Positions 27,601-39,895 of a stretch of DNA of 64,000 bases are shown here, piece by piece. The position numbers and the translations under genes were made by a program. Numbering within the stretch: the first letter of the stretch is position 1; the number at the start of each line of letters is the position of its first letter. Below the pieces are notes generated by a model, which worked only from the letters and a program-made list of their open reading frames with translations, had not been told where the DNA came from and did not search any database. Source of the DNA: Lepidodermella squamata (taxonomy: Eukaryota; Animalia; Gastrotricha); contig JBLDXI010000015.1 of NCBI GenBank assembly GCA_047495785.1, positions 744,001-808,000 of the forward strand. Reading direction: 5' to 3'.

Positions 27601-30600
27601 ATGGTCAAATAAAGCAGTGAACCTTAATAATGCATGGGCGGAAACCGAAGTATTCCTGGGTCGGCAGGCTTCGCCATTCTACCTTGAGTTCAGTGCATAT
27701 CCACCATCTAGCAGCTACTTGCCAGCAATCGCAGCGGTTGATGCTATTCAATTCAGGGATTGCGAGCAGCCTGTTGTCAGACCTTTCTGCAGTTTGAACG
27801 AGTTCCGCTGCGAGAAAACGATGACATGCATTGACGAGCGCTATGTTTGCGATTTCGCTGATCAGTGTGGAGATGGCGTCGTGACAGATGTGGCTAGCTC
27901 GAGTGACGAACAGCCAAAGTTGTGCGCTGCATCCTACACCGCTCGTTGTGCTTTTGACTACCCAGCTGCGACTTGTGACGACTGGGTCACAGGAGAAGGC
28001 CAATTCTTCTGGCGAATCACTGAGGCTAAAAATGCGTTGAGCACAACATATCCCGGAATAGATCACACTACCAGTTTGTTTTATATCTAAATTATGGCCT
28101 CTTCATGCTTTTCTTTTTCAGAGACTGCCAGCGGCAAATTCCTATTGCTAAACTACAATGGTTACAATAACTATAAGGAGGCCCGATTCAAACTCGGTAA
28201 ACGCGTTGTGGCTGCTAGTGACGAGGGCTGCAAGGTTAGGTTCTGGCTTTACTACTACTGCAGCGGTTCGACTTCACCTGAAGCTTGCGGAAACGTGGCC
28301 GTTGTCGTTAGGACGTCCTACAGTCCGATCACAGACAATCCCCTTATGTATTACACCAGCTATACCGGAAACTTATGGGTAAATTTGCTGAATTTAATGT
28401 TGTCTATCCGCATATTAATTTATGTATCGCAGACGAGGCAAGAAGTTACACTTGGTTCGATTCACGTTGGTGTGAACCAACCATTCGAGCTGATTTTCTA
28501 CGGCAAACAAGGATATTCAATCTATAGTGGGTCTATAGCGATTGACGACATCTCGCTGACCCCAGATTGTCACTTAACTGATGCTTTGCTACCTGGCCAA
28601 TCTTCCGTACCAAGCACAACCTTGGCGCCTCAATGTGATACCATCCCAGGGTTCTATAAGTGCAATGATGGATTGGGATGCTACTCCCAGAGCCAGCATT
28701 GCAACTTCATGGATGACTGCTTAGATGGTTCAGACGAACTTGGATGCAGTAAGTTTTGATGCAAATCTCTGAATAATCTCCGAATAATCCTGTTTCCTTT
28801 ATAGCTAAGAGTTGCGATTTTGACAACGGCAAGGACGATTGGTGTGGTTGGTACAACATTTGCGAGCACGAGGATGGAACGTGGTGTGATGCTGGAGTTA
28901 ACTGGAAATGGACATGGTGGACCTCTTACAACAACCCTGATGCCCCGAAGCAAGATTTCACCAGCAACGGTAATGGGGGTGGTTACGTGATGTCATCAGG
29001 CGGTTGGCAAATTGGCGACCGAGCCATTCTTCAATCAACCGTCTTCCAACACGCCTCGCCTAACTGTGTGATGCAGTTCTACTATTGGGCTTATAACTAC
29101 TACAAATACAACCCGCCAACAAAGCTGAACGTCCTTCTAAAGAGCGCAGGCGTTGAGACGAAGCAAGTCTATCAAATCGTCTCAGGATCAGTTCCAGGAT
29201 GGTTCCAGGCTAATGTTACTCTTTACACAAGAACTTCTTTCCAAATTCAGTTTGAGGTCGTAAGGGGTAGTGGACCCTATGGAGATATCGCCGTTGATGG
29301 TATCAGCTTCATCGACTGCGCCTCGGACACCCCGGCAGTTTTCTGCGCAGATCCAACCGATTTCCTATGCAAAGATGGCACCAGATGCATCCACTCGTAT
29401 CAAGTCTGTGATTTCACGTCTGACTGCCGCGATGGAAGTGATGAGGAAGAAGGATACTGTCTTGCCTACCGAGCTCCAGGTAGCTGCACCTTCGAAGCTC
29501 CGAACGACTGGGAAACCGTTTGTTGGCTGCAGAAAGGCTTTGGTTTCAGCGAACTTGAGTGGTCGGCGCAAAAAGCTGGTAACGTTCAACGAGGCCCCAC
29601 GTACGACCATACCTTAGCTTCAAAGGACGGTCATATCCTGAGCTTGGTCACAACATCCTCGGATCCTGGGCCGGGAGCTAGGGCCACAGTTGTATCAACT
29701 CTGACCTATCCTGCTAATCCATCTGGATCTTGTGAAATTCGGCTCTATTACTACCTATACCGATCTTCGAAGAGTCGAGGCAGTGGGTCGATTTTGGTTT
29801 ATTCAGTTGGCGCAGATTCAGGGTCCGCCGTCTTGCAGGGTAAGATAAGTCTGGCTACCTTGGCAGCTGGAACATCATCCGGAGGTAAGAAAATCACACT
29901 TTTTCTGCGCTAAACCATAATTTTGTGTTTTTAAGCTCCTGAACGTCCATGGACTCTCAAATCTATGTCCGTCGGCCGGCAGGAAGAGTTCAGGATTGAA
30001 ATAATTGCCGAAAATGATGACAGTCCAACCTCGGTAATGGCCATCGATGACTTGAGTCTCAGTCGTGGCTGCAGGACAGGCGAACAACGGCCTTTCAGAA
30101 ACGAGACTGTTGCTATTTGCGGGGAGAATGAGATTTATTGCGACTCTGAGAATTCATGCATCCCTGAGAACTGGATATGCGACGGAATTTGCGACTGTCC
30201 ACCTTACACTGGCCAACCGAACGTTGAAGGATTTTGCCCGGATGAAGCGCATTGCTCTGAAGAAGAAAGCACGACGGAGGAGCCTATAACTGAACCAGGT
30301 GAGCATAGTAGCTCGTCATCAGCTAAAACCACCCCTGGAGAAGGAGGTTCTACCGAAAAACCCGGCTCGACCACTCAGAAAGGTGACGATGAGGGTGATG
30401 ACGGTGGAGATGATTTAGGGTTGATTCTTGGCGCAGTTTTCGGCGCCCTTGGCTTCGTTGCAATCGGAGGCGTCGGAGCTTTCTTCTTCATCAGACGCCG
30501 CAGGGCTAACCTAGCCGCGCCCCCGACAGGAGTTGACCCTGGCGTTGGTGTGGTGAACCCTGTCTACGGGGATGTTGCGGCTGTTGAAACTGTGCAACAA

Positions 30601-30624
30601 GTTTCGGAACAACCTGCCGAATAA
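12663..30624 (+). CDS. Giant MAM and LDL-receptor class A domain-containing type I membrane protein (MALRD/apical endosomal glycoprotein-like) with PAN/apple domains, ~5,600 aa, ~23 exons
   Basis: Signal peptide, then many MAM repeats (CDFE...C.W; DHT....GHY; CLxFxYxM; IAIDDI) and LDLRA repeats (C...F.C....CI....CD....C.DGSDE). PAN-type Cys patterns at about 14600-15330. TM LGLILGAVFGALGFVAIGGVGAFFFI-RRRR and cytoplasmic NPVY (NPxY). About 22 GT-AG introns of ~48-56 nt join the ORF track segments. Confidence 0.93.
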
Positions 30625-30819
30625 ATCTCGAGAAATGCAGAGCCTTCGCGAATAATTGCTTTTGTTGAATTAAGGCGCTAATTAAATTTCGCTTTCACGT
30701 GATTCCACGCTTCAGTATCGTATGATACCGATGAATAAAAAACAAATATCTTCATTTGCTTTATTTCATTATCCCAAGACCGAAATATTCATCATATGAA
30801 AAATACAGATTATTTCGAG

Positions 30820-31854
30820 TTAATCGTGAGGTGCGACTCCATGCTCGGTCTTGTGGAATCGGTTCCTGCTGAGACGGACGCGTTCTTCAAAGATCTGGAA
30901 GGCTTGCTTCTCAACCTCCTCTGTGATGGTCGGTTGACGGGCTAGAATCCAGGCGTATTCAGTGATTTTAACACTACCATACTCAAGCGGGCTCCAAACA
31001 AGGGCGACATCGGTGTAATCGGTGTAGAGAACTCGATAATCACCCTCAGGCTGATTCGGGCCGAATTTCACCTTGAGATGGGCGTTGCCAACAACGCGAG
31101 CCCTAGCTTGAGCGACATTCCATTGATTCTTATCCGGAAGCCATTCGCTGTGGGTCACGGCGACAGTTCCATCGTCATTCGCAGCATACAGAGCAGTGAC
31201 ATCGGTTCCAGACTCGATGGGCATGTCCTTTGTACGGTAGATCTCGTACCACTTCCCAGTATAGGCAGCTACGTCAAAATTCGGCTGGAGGGGGACATGT
31301 TCGCTGGAGTAGAAGGTCGGCTTGAATGGGGCAACTCCGTGGACTGTTTTATGGAAGTTATCCTTGCGGAGAGTTGTCCGTTCTTCAAAGATCTTGAACA
31401 CCTTATCCTCGACCTCTTTGCTGACGTTTGTCTTCCGGGCCAGGGCCCAAGCGTATTTCGTGATGACAATGCCTCGGACTTCGAATTCGCTGTAGACAAC
31501 GGCAACATCGTCGTAATCAGTGTACAAAACGCGGTAGTCTCCCTCTCGTTGTTGCGGGTTGAATTTGACTCCTAACTTTGCGTTATCAATAACGCGGGCT
31601 ACGGCATGAGCTTCATTCCATTCGTTCTTCTCAGGCAGCCATTCACGGTTGAGGACAGCAATTGTTCCGTCATCATTTGCTGCGTAATTTGCTTCGTTGT
31701 CGGTGCCAGATTCGAACGGCATATTCCTCGTTCGGTAGATCTCGTACCATTTACCGGTGTAGCGGGTCAGGTCGAAATCAGGCTGAAGTTCGATCTCGCC
31801 AGCCAAGGCTACGGCAAATGAAACGGCAAGGGTTAAGAAAACTTTGGAAGACAT
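30820..31854 (-). CDS. Secreted tandem two-domain lipocalin (ApoD/Blc-like), 344 aa, intronless
   Basis: Signal peptide followed by two copies of SCR1 (YTGKWYEIYR), SCR2 (YRVLYTDY) and SCR3 (YAWxLAR). Confidence 0.93.
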   Translation of the reverse strand: MSSKVFLTLAVSFAVALAGEIELQPDFDLTRYTGKWYEIYRTRNMPFESGTDNEANYAANDDGTIAVLNREWLPEKNEWNEAHAVARVIDNAKLGVKFNPQQREGDYRVLYTDYDDVAVVYSEFEVRGIVITKYAWALARKTNVSKEVEDKVFKIFEERTTLRKDNFHKTVHGVAPFKPTFYSSEHVPLQPNFDVAAYTGKWYEIYRTKDMPIESGTDVTALYAANDDGTVAVTHSEWLPDKNQWNVAQARARVVGNAHLKVKFGPNQPEGDYRVLYTDYTDVALVWSPLEYGSVKITEYAWILARQPTITEEVEKQAFQIFEERVRLSRNRFHKTEHGVAPHD

Positions 31855-31903
31855 TATTTCTTGGGCGATTCAGTTATTGATTTTCTGGAGAATTTTGGCC
31901 TCC

Positions 31904-31910
31904 TTTTATA
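31904..31910 (-). promoter_or_regulatory. TATA box of the lipocalin gene
   Basis: TATAAAA on the minus strand, 50 bp upstream of the ATG. Confidence 0.6.
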
Positions 31911-32275
31911 CCCTGTCTCGCCCTCGATTTCGAGACAGAGGCATGCGAAAGCTGCCGAAAACGAGGCAGTTTGTGGTCTGAAATATTAATTATCGAATCT
32001 GCGTTGTTCATGAGAAATGTTTACAGATGCTGGGCATACAGGCATCTGCTCATTTTTAATAACGATAGCCACAGGCCCTTAACCGTTTTTCAGAATGTTC
32101 TAGAACAACAGGAAATTTTCAATTTAGGGCAAGTTTTGGCGTTCAAGTTACTTCTAACTTTTAGTTCTATAAAACCAGGGAAAATGTAACTTTAAGTAGC
32201 GTTTAAGTAGTATTATATAAGTTCGAGCGGCTTTGTGTTTGGAGAAGTCAAGAATAGTCTATTGTTCTGGGAAGA

Positions 32276-32874
32276 TTAGAGACATTCGTAAAGTGTCTTG
32301 TTTGTGATTGGGTTCCATAGGTTTCCAGGGCGACCAGTTGCAACAAACTGCATTTGGGGGTGCAGGAACATGAAAGCGAACGAGATTGCGTTCGAAGTTG
32401 GGAAGTTGGGAAATGGGATTCGACTCGCGAATCTTACGGTATTATCACTATTTTGAGCTGAATGGAACATCGCGAACTTTACCAGTCTACTTAGAATCAA
32501 GGTTGCACGTGCGTGATTCGAAAAATTCTTTAATAAATTACTTGGAATATTTAACCTCAAAAATGTATTTTACCAGTTAGAGATACTGCGAATATCCAAA
32601 CTATATCGACCATGTCCTCTAGACCCTCTAGAACCTTTGACAGTAATGTTTTTTCCAGTGTTGAATGAGCGGCTGCAAATGAGTAGGGGATGATGTGAAT
32701 GGCAACACATAGGTTTTGTGTATATTTTCGAGCTGTCGCAAGGATATTGAGAGCCGTTGACGTAGGGGTTGCGTTATCCGCCCGATTTTCTGCTTGATGC
32801 AGGATTCCATCGACAGCCTCGAGTCTAAGACTAGTCTGAGGAGCGTCGGCGTTCGACGGTTCGAGGCTTGTCAT
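32276..32874 (-). pseudogene. Degenerate, internally deleted SLC13 duplicate
   Basis: SFAFMF...TGR...NPITNKTLYECL* matches the intact gene's SFAFMF...TGR...DPATNKTLYQCL*. AAAHSTLEKTLLSKVL...DMV...LTG matches AAAYGAEKSGLAKLL...DMV...FLTG. Most TM segments are missing. Confidence 0.75.
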
Positions 32875-33028
32875 ATTCCAGTTAATGTGTTTCCGGCATT
32901 CAGAGATGTCTTATCAGTTTTAAAGATTGCAGTTCATTTTGATACGGCAGCCTTCATACTTAGATAAGGCTTATTCATCCGGAACTGCTGTTTCATCGAA
33001 TGATGAATGGACGAGCGATAACAAGCTG

Positions 33029-33035
33029 TATAAAA
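33029..33035 (+). promoter_or_regulatory. TATA box of the serine protease gene
   Basis: TATAAAA about 50 bp upstream of ATG 33081. Confidence 0.6.
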
Positions 33036-33080
33036 GCGATGGCGACCGAAAATCAATTTTAATCAACCATTAACCACACG

Positions 33081-34076
33081 ATGTCTCCAGTATTATTCGC
33101 AATTTTCCTCATCGCCAGCTCTGTGAGAGCTATTCCACAAGGTTCTTGTGGCTTGAACAAATACGGCAACTACAATACTTCTACAGCAGCTTCATACATT
33201 GTCGGAGGTACAACGGCCGAGGCTAATGCGTATCCATGGCAGGTTTCGCTGCAATACACTAACCAACAGTGCAGCACTATGCAGACTTGTCACACGTGTG
33301 GCGGGACAATCATCAGCGATGACTTGATCCTAAGCGCAGCTCACTGCTTTTCCAGTTCCTACTCAATGAGCAATCCTAGCAACTGGAAGGTTTTAGTTGG
33401 CAAGCAGGACTTGAGGGTGAACGAGCCGGGACAGGGTGACTATTTCGTAAGCAATATCTTCGTTCATGAAAGTCATAATTCGCCAACGATATTCGCCAAC
33501 GATATTGCTGTGATGAAGCTTTCGTCAAAAATCACCTTCAACGACTACGTCCAACCAGCTTGTTTGCCGTGGCCATCGATCGGTAGTCTGGCAAATGAGA
33601 CTGCCGTGACCACTGGCTGGGGGAGTACTTACACCGATGGTCCGACCCCAGCTCTGCTACAGCAAGTTAGCCTGCCAGTACTCAACAATTCGGATTGTGC
33701 AGCTCGTATGGCTAGTTCAGGCGTGACCATAAGGCAAGGAATGATTTGCGCCGGTGGGTTGCCAACTGGAGGGAAAGGAGCTTGTGCCGGCGATTCTGGT
33801 GGGCCGATGGTCATTGAGATCGATGAGCGAATGGTTGTGGTCGGAGCAGTTTCCTTTGGACCTCGACCATGCGGCAATGCAAACAGGCCTGATGTCTACA
33901 CGAGAGTGTCCGAGTATTTGGACTGGATTAATTCGACGGTCATATTTACGACTCCTAAACCGACACCTCCAACTACACCTCCAACTACACCTCCAACAAC
34001 ACCAAAAAACACAGCTGAGAGCTATGGCGCAACTGTTTCAGTTCTAGCCTTTGCTGCTGCGTTTCTTGTCTTCTGA
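33081..34076 (+). CDS. S1A serine protease with PPTT stalk and probable GPI-anchor signal, intronless
   Basis: Signal peptide, activation site Y|IVGG, triad motifs AAHC, NDIA and GDSGGP. Gly at position 189 (KGACAGDS) implies a non-trypsin S1 pocket. PPTT repeats and a hydrophobic C-terminus with no cytoplasmic tail. Confidence 0.95.
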   Translation: MSPVLFAIFLIASSVRAIPQGSCGLNKYGNYNTSTAASYIVGGTTAEANAYPWQVSLQYTNQQCSTMQTCHTCGGTIISDDLILSAAHCFSSSYSMSNPSNWKVLVGKQDLRVNEPGQGDYFVSNIFVHESHNSPTIFANDIAVMKLSSKITFNDYVQPACLPWPSIGSLANETAVTTGWGSTYTDGPTPALLQQVSLPVLNNSDCAARMASSGVTIRQGMICAGGLPTGGKGACAGDSGGPMVIEIDERMVVVGAVSFGPRPCGNANRPDVYTRVSEYLDWINSTVIFTTPKPTPPTTPPTTPPTTPKNTAESYGATVSVLAFAAAFLVF

Positions 34077-35240
34077 TTGAATTTATTCATTTATTTATTT
34101 ATGAGCCATTCATCCATAGTGAGTTGGAAAGCTCAGCTTAATAGAAATCAGTGATTATGTGAATCGGGAAACTATACAACATACAACATAAAGACCTGTT
34201 TTAGGACAGGTAGAAAGCAAATAGGCCAAAACCATGTATCACGGCAGCAACATGAATGTGACGAGATTATTGAGGAATTAGAAAATAAAAATTATGATTT
34301 ACAATGATTTACAATGATTTGTTTATTGTTTTCTTTTGTTGCTGTTCTATTCCAACTCTAAGCTGCTGGGATATCCATACGGTTCCGAGTTATTAGCGAT
34401 GCATATAATATATTGAAGTAGCCGAGTTTCAACTGAAAGACCTGCCAGATTTTGAATGATCTCTATGATGGCTACCTCTATTAAAGCAATAACTCTATAG
34501 ATCGGATTTTCTATTTGAAATTCATTGGCAATTGCCAAAAATTGTTGAAATTGGCTTTTTCGAGCTTAGAATTCTATTCTATTTGAAAAAATTTACTATC
34601 AGGCGCAGAGATTCATCCATCAGAGTCACAATATCAGCGATTGGTGCGCGCTGATAAACGATATCTTTCTGTGTTTATATGTATGTTCCGAGTAAGATGG
34701 GACTTTTTTAAGCTGTTTTGATTAGATAAAGGGACAATACAAGCTAAGTCCGATTGAGACGGCTTCCTTTGTTCCTTTTACGCCCCCTACTAATTCAAAA
34801 ATACGTACAGCTTTAACTGTTATATTTAAACACACCTGAACGCAGTTTTGCGGTGAATTAGCTGGACCCGAGCAGTGAATCGGCTGTTGCCATTATCAGG
34901 CTACGGACGAAAGTAGCAAGTAGTAAGATTCTCGCCTGTAACTAAAGACCCCCAGTAAAACACGAGAATTGGAAAATCTCAGATAGGCATCGTAGATCAT
35001 TTGGTTCGTTGGGATCGGCGAGCCCCCGAACGCTTATACCTGGCGAGGGGCGAATTAAAGGGGTAATCTCCTGCTCTCGAGCTTGATATTTGGGGCTTTT
35101 AATTTCAGCTACAATGCATGCTCCCAACTTTACCTGATAGTAAAGCAACCAGTTTACAGCGCGCCACATTTTAGGAAGAAAACCTTTTTATTTACAACAA
35201 CTTCAACAGTGGGAAATAATGCGTTGATGCATGCTGGAAG

Positions 35241-37329
35241 CTAGAGGCACTGGTACAGTGTTTTGTTAGTGGCCGGGTCGAAACCATTAGGTTTCCAGGG
35301 CGCTGTGAACAGATCAAAATACTCAGCACCGTATGTAACCGTGGCTAGAAAGATAACCCCAATACCAATCAGCTTTACAACAAAACCAGCCTTAATCATG
35401 TCTATAATGCGAACGCGCCCAGTGCCGAAAATTAACGCGTTAGGAGGCGCAGCGACCGGAAACATGAAGGCAAAGGACGTAGCTGTCGCAGTTGGGAACA
35501 TGTACAAAACAGGATTGGCATTGCGTAGATCAGCCTACAGGAAAACTCGTTGGTGATAATCGCGAAAATGTATTGAAAAATTACCAGTCTGCTAAGAATA
35601 GGCATCATCAAAGTCACGCAAGCGTGATTTGACATGAACTCTGTTGAGAAAATGAATATTATACATTTTCGCAATAAATAATTCAAATTATACCTGTTAG
35701 AAATACCATAAAAATAATTATCACAAGAACAGATAGGGTGTCATCCAAAGGCTCGACCATATCGTTAAGAACAATGGCCAGCAATTTAGCAAGACCTGAT
35801 TTTTCAGCCCCATAAGCAGCGGCTAACCCCCCGCCGATAAGGAGCAGAAGTCCAAATGGGAAATTGCGCTCAGCCTCTGACCAGGAGATTGCAGTCCTCG
35901 GAGGCACGAGCTTCTTGGTCTCGGGGTCTCGATGTGGCATTGTAACCGGAAAGAAAAACAGGCAAAACGCAGCGAATAGGGTTGAGGTCGATTCTTTAAC
36001 ATAGCCTTTAGAAGAACTCATCTAGTTATTATTATTCCTTATTTATCTTCAGAAAACTTACCTGGTGCCATCAACTCCCAGCCTATCAATGGCTTCGTCT
36101 CAAGTTGCCTCGTTATTAAAAGGGTTACCATTACTAGACAATGGCCCAATACAACGCCTTGTTCGAAGTCAAAAGGTGGCAACTGGTCGTAGATACGCTG
36201 TAGATTCGTCTCAACACGAGCTCTATGGGCGTCGAGAGCAGTTTTCTTTAGGCCGAAAGCATATTTCAGCCCACAGAAGTAAATCTGGAGCCAGAACCAT
36301 GTGATCACAATGAAAACTAAGCTCATTGGGATTGCGAATACCATCCAACTAGGAATGAGATTGCTAAAGTGAAAATGTCGAAGGAATTTTTTAAGCTAAC
36401 CTTAAAAAGTTGAGAGGAGAAATGCATCCTTTCGCTTCGAAGGCATTGTCGAGTTGTTGTTTCATGATCAAATTTGGCCCACTTCCAATTACAGTGCCAG
36501 TGCCGCCGACTGAAGCACTGTAAGCTACAGCAAGAAGTAGCATACTCTCGAAATTTATGTCATCTGGTTTTTCAACGGGTGTCGTTTCTTTTTCAGCCGA
36601 TTCGAGATCCGGAGAAGTTGGCGTCATTTCAACCATTTCAAGACTTTCGCCATCGTCGAATTTATTTTTGGTTTTGAGAGCAGAGTCTAATGCCTCCTGC
36701 AGCTCCCCAGAAACAGCGACAACAATTGGAATGAACAGGATCGTAGTCAGTGTGTTCGAGCACCAAACGGAAAGGAACCAAACTGTGCCCATCACTCCTG
36801 CTAATAAGAATCTTGGCTTCGCCCCGACCATTGTTAGAACTTTTAGAGCAAATCTTTTGTGGAGGCCGACATTCTCGAAGGCTCCTATCACCAAGATGCT
36901 ACCAACAAACGTGATGTTGGACTCGGCCATGTACTCTGGAGCTAATTCGCTTGCAGGGACTATTGACATCATCGGATAAAGAATCATTGGAATGACTGCC
37001 GTAACCTGGAAAAGGACACAAATTTGAAACTGGGTCAACTGCGGTGAAAACTTACTGGAAGAGGTAATGCTTCTGTAGTCCATAGGATCATCATAATGAT
37101 AATGACATAAGCGCATCGCATTGCTTGCTAGAAAAGAAGACCTTATTTGGGTAGCAGAAGTCTATAACAAACTAACGCTCATCTCTGGATCGTACTCGAA
37201 GCAGAAACATAACGGCAATAGGAGTAGTGGCATGCCAATTATTAGAAACAAGTTGCGCCATGCTAGGACATAGCCGCATTGGTTGGCGTTGTTCCTCGGG
37301 GCGCTTTCGACCCCTTCATTCAATGTCAT
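35241..37329 (-). CDS. SLC13 family Na+/dicarboxylate or sulfate cotransporter (INDY/NaDC-like), multi-exon
   Basis: Exon 1 MTLNEGVES...WRNLFLIIGMPLLLLPL. Family motifs AMRCAYVIIIMMILWTTEALPLPVTA, LHKRFAL, SVWCSNT, AYSASVGGTGTVIGSGPN, TEFMSNHA, SFAFMFPVAAPPNA. Confidence 0.93.
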
Positions 37330-38093
37330 GAAAATTTGACCGAAATTGAGTTAACCTCGCGCCTAGCTTCTTCAGTTACGTCTTTACTTTGCAAGACAAG
37401 CACCAGGCTAATTGATGGGTAAATTACGGCTTGACTGATTGCCAGCTTTTGTGATAAGATAAGGATGACGACTACAACATCACGGATTTCCGCCCCGCTC
37501 GTGCTTTTTTGCTGATTACTTGCCTATTATTGAGTTTATCTGGGTTAAGCTCATACTTTTCGTTAGAGATAATCGTATTCGTTTAAGAAATCGCCCTAAA
37601 CCCCGGTGATGAATGATTTCGGTAATTTTTCGAGGTTTTTCCGACCTGTTTTTTCACCGAATTTGTCATTCTCGTTAAGAATTATCAGTTTAGCATTTCT
37701 TGAAGTTCGAGGCCAAGCGATGGGACACAGCCGCACTATAAATGTGGTCTTTCCTTTTACACTATACCCACACTGTACACTGAGTTCGTTGTCAAAAAAA
37801 TAAATCTGCTAGCAAAATTGCCGTCATTACACTGTCTATCAAACCATGAACATAAATACGTGCTGTTTTTCGGACTGATAAGCGGGACGCATGTCTCGAA
37901 TCAATATAAGACGTGAATGACCAATCCTGTGTTCGCAAGCAAAGCGCAGCTCGAGTCGTTAGGGCCGCATTTATTGCTGCAGAGAGATGTTTGGCGTAAT
38001 TCATCAGTCTACTCCATTGGAATATGTACTCTTTTTCGGTTTGGCACGTTCAAAATTTAAATAGCGACTTTACACAACTAATATGTTTCAGCA

Positions 38094-39029
38094 ATGAATA
38101 TAAGCGCTGAAGATTTCTACTGCGTCGCAGCGGCTTACTTCGGCTACAAATTGCTACAACTTTTTGCAAGATTGTTCTACCATGTCAAAGGCTACCTATT
38201 ACCGCCGTCCTCTCGTCTAAAATGCATGGGCGAGTGGGCGATTGTGACTGGAGCAACTGATGGTATTGGCAAGGCTTATGCTGAAGAACTAGCTCACATT
38301 GGATTGAACGTTCTACTCATCAGCAGGTCTGAGGAGAAGTTGATCAAAGTAACAACGGATATCACTTCTAAATTCGGCGTTAAGACGAAATACATCTCAG
38401 CAGATTTCTCGCGGCAATCCATCTATAAAGATATCGCTGAGCAGTTGCATGGTCTTGACATAGGAATATTGGTTAACAACGTGGGAATGGGAACGGAACA
38501 TCCTGAATTCTACCAGTTACTACCGCCAGATTTCATTATGAAAATGATGAATACCAATATGATGTCAATGGCTTTGATGAGTCGAATGGTATTGCCATTG
38601 ATGGGCAATAAACGGAAGGGGGTCATCATTAATATTTCATCGGCAGCAACATGCGTCCCACCGCCTCTACAGAACATCTATGCAGCTACTAAATCTTTCG
38701 TGAATACCCTTACTGAGGCGCTGATTTACGAATGTAGGCATAAAGGAGTCATCATTCAAAATGTTGTCCCGTTCCTGGTGACGACCAAACTCTCAAAGAT
38801 GGACAAGACGTCCTTTTTCATACCATCGCCAAGCCAGTTTGCGAGATCGGCGCTGAGGACCGTGGGCTACCTCAGTACGACTCATGGAGTGATTTCTCAT
38901 GAGTTGCAGGGGTTTGCCATTGGGCTGTTCCCGCGTTTTCTAGTCGGCCGCGTTTCTGAGTTGATTATGATGCGCATTCGGACGGAGAGGAGGAAACAAT
39001 ATCCGAATGCACACGCTGTCATCATTTGA
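38094..39029 (+). CDS. HSD17B12: Very-long-chain 3-oxoacyl-CoA reductase / 17beta-HSD12-like SDR
   Basis: TGATDGIGKAYA Rossmann motif, LVNNVG, catalytic YAATK, N-terminal membrane anchor. CDS is intronless, with a likely 5'UTR intron at about 38039-38091. Orthology versus HSDL1/HSD17B3 is not resolved. Confidence 0.85.
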   Translation: MNISAEDFYCVAAAYFGYKLLQLFARLFYHVKGYLLPPSSRLKCMGEWAIVTGATDGIGKAYAEELAHIGLNVLLISRSEEKLIKVTTDITSKFGVKTKYISADFSRQSIYKDIAEQLHGLDIGILVNNVGMGTEHPEFYQLLPPDFIMKMMNTNMMSMALMSRMVLPLMGNKRKGVIINISSAATCVPPPLQNIYAATKSFVNTLTEALIYECRHKGVIIQNVVPFLVTTKLSKMDKTSFFIPSPSQFARSALRTVGYLSTTHGVISHELQGFAIGLFPRFLVGRVSELIMMRIRTERRKQYPNAHAVII

Positions 39030-39895
39030 TTTCTAATCGGCTAAATTAAAGTTCGAATGTCATCATCTCATTTGAAACAACATGTGACTCCGAATAAAGG
39101 TGCCATTTACGCCTGTTCACCTTATCGCAGGTGTTTCCTGGCAATATGGACATCACCGCCGTGTTCCGCAATACTACTGAAATTTCCTGAATTTTGAAAA
39201 CAGACGGTGTGAGACTCAAATCAAAACAATTGTTCTTCGTTTCCCATAAATATTTCGAAAATATCGGCGCCTCCACTCAATGTTCATTATTCAGTAAAAT
39301 TCATAATATATCATCTTGACCTTCACGATTTTCATGAGGAACACAACAATGTACTTGACTGTTTCGATGATCATCTGAAGAACGGTTCGAAGAAGGTTAT
39401 CGAAAGTTCGAGCAGCGAAATTTTGACATTCCATGAAATGTACTAAACTAGGGTTCGTCGGCGCTTATTTGCATGTGCGAGGCTAATTTATGGGCTGTGT
39501 GCGCGCATGCATGCGCGGTTTCATACACGCGGGCGAACTGACTTCCGTACTCACATTTTCGGCCTCATTTCAAGACAATCTGTGTGAGTTTTGAGTTTCG
39601 CCAGGTCTTAGGGACGTCAGAGCTCCTTCGACGACAGCAAGAAGCAGCATAGCCCAATTAAACATTAGTGAGAATTTTCTTCACGGGAGTGATACAAGCC
39701 TGCAAGCTGTAATAAACGATAAACGGTAAACATTTTGGTATAAATCTCCAACGTGTTTAGGGAAGATCTATGTTGTCTTATAATTTCAAGTGGGTCGGAG
39801 CAGCTTATCGGATCGAATTCCACCTCGCTTTAACCTCGTATCAGCCGTAGTATAATGGAAAATATGCATTTTATTAATAATTTTGAAAACTTCGA

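Noticed and set aside
12771-30289. Many overlapping 60-150 aa ORFs within the MALRD-like gene (and similar ones in other genes)
   Set aside because: They are alternate-frame or antisense shadows of real exons.
39496-39517. Palindrome CGCGCATGCATGCGCG in an alternating purine-pyrimidine tract
   Set aside because: It could be an NRF1-like or Z-DNA site, but it is a single short instance with no supporting context.
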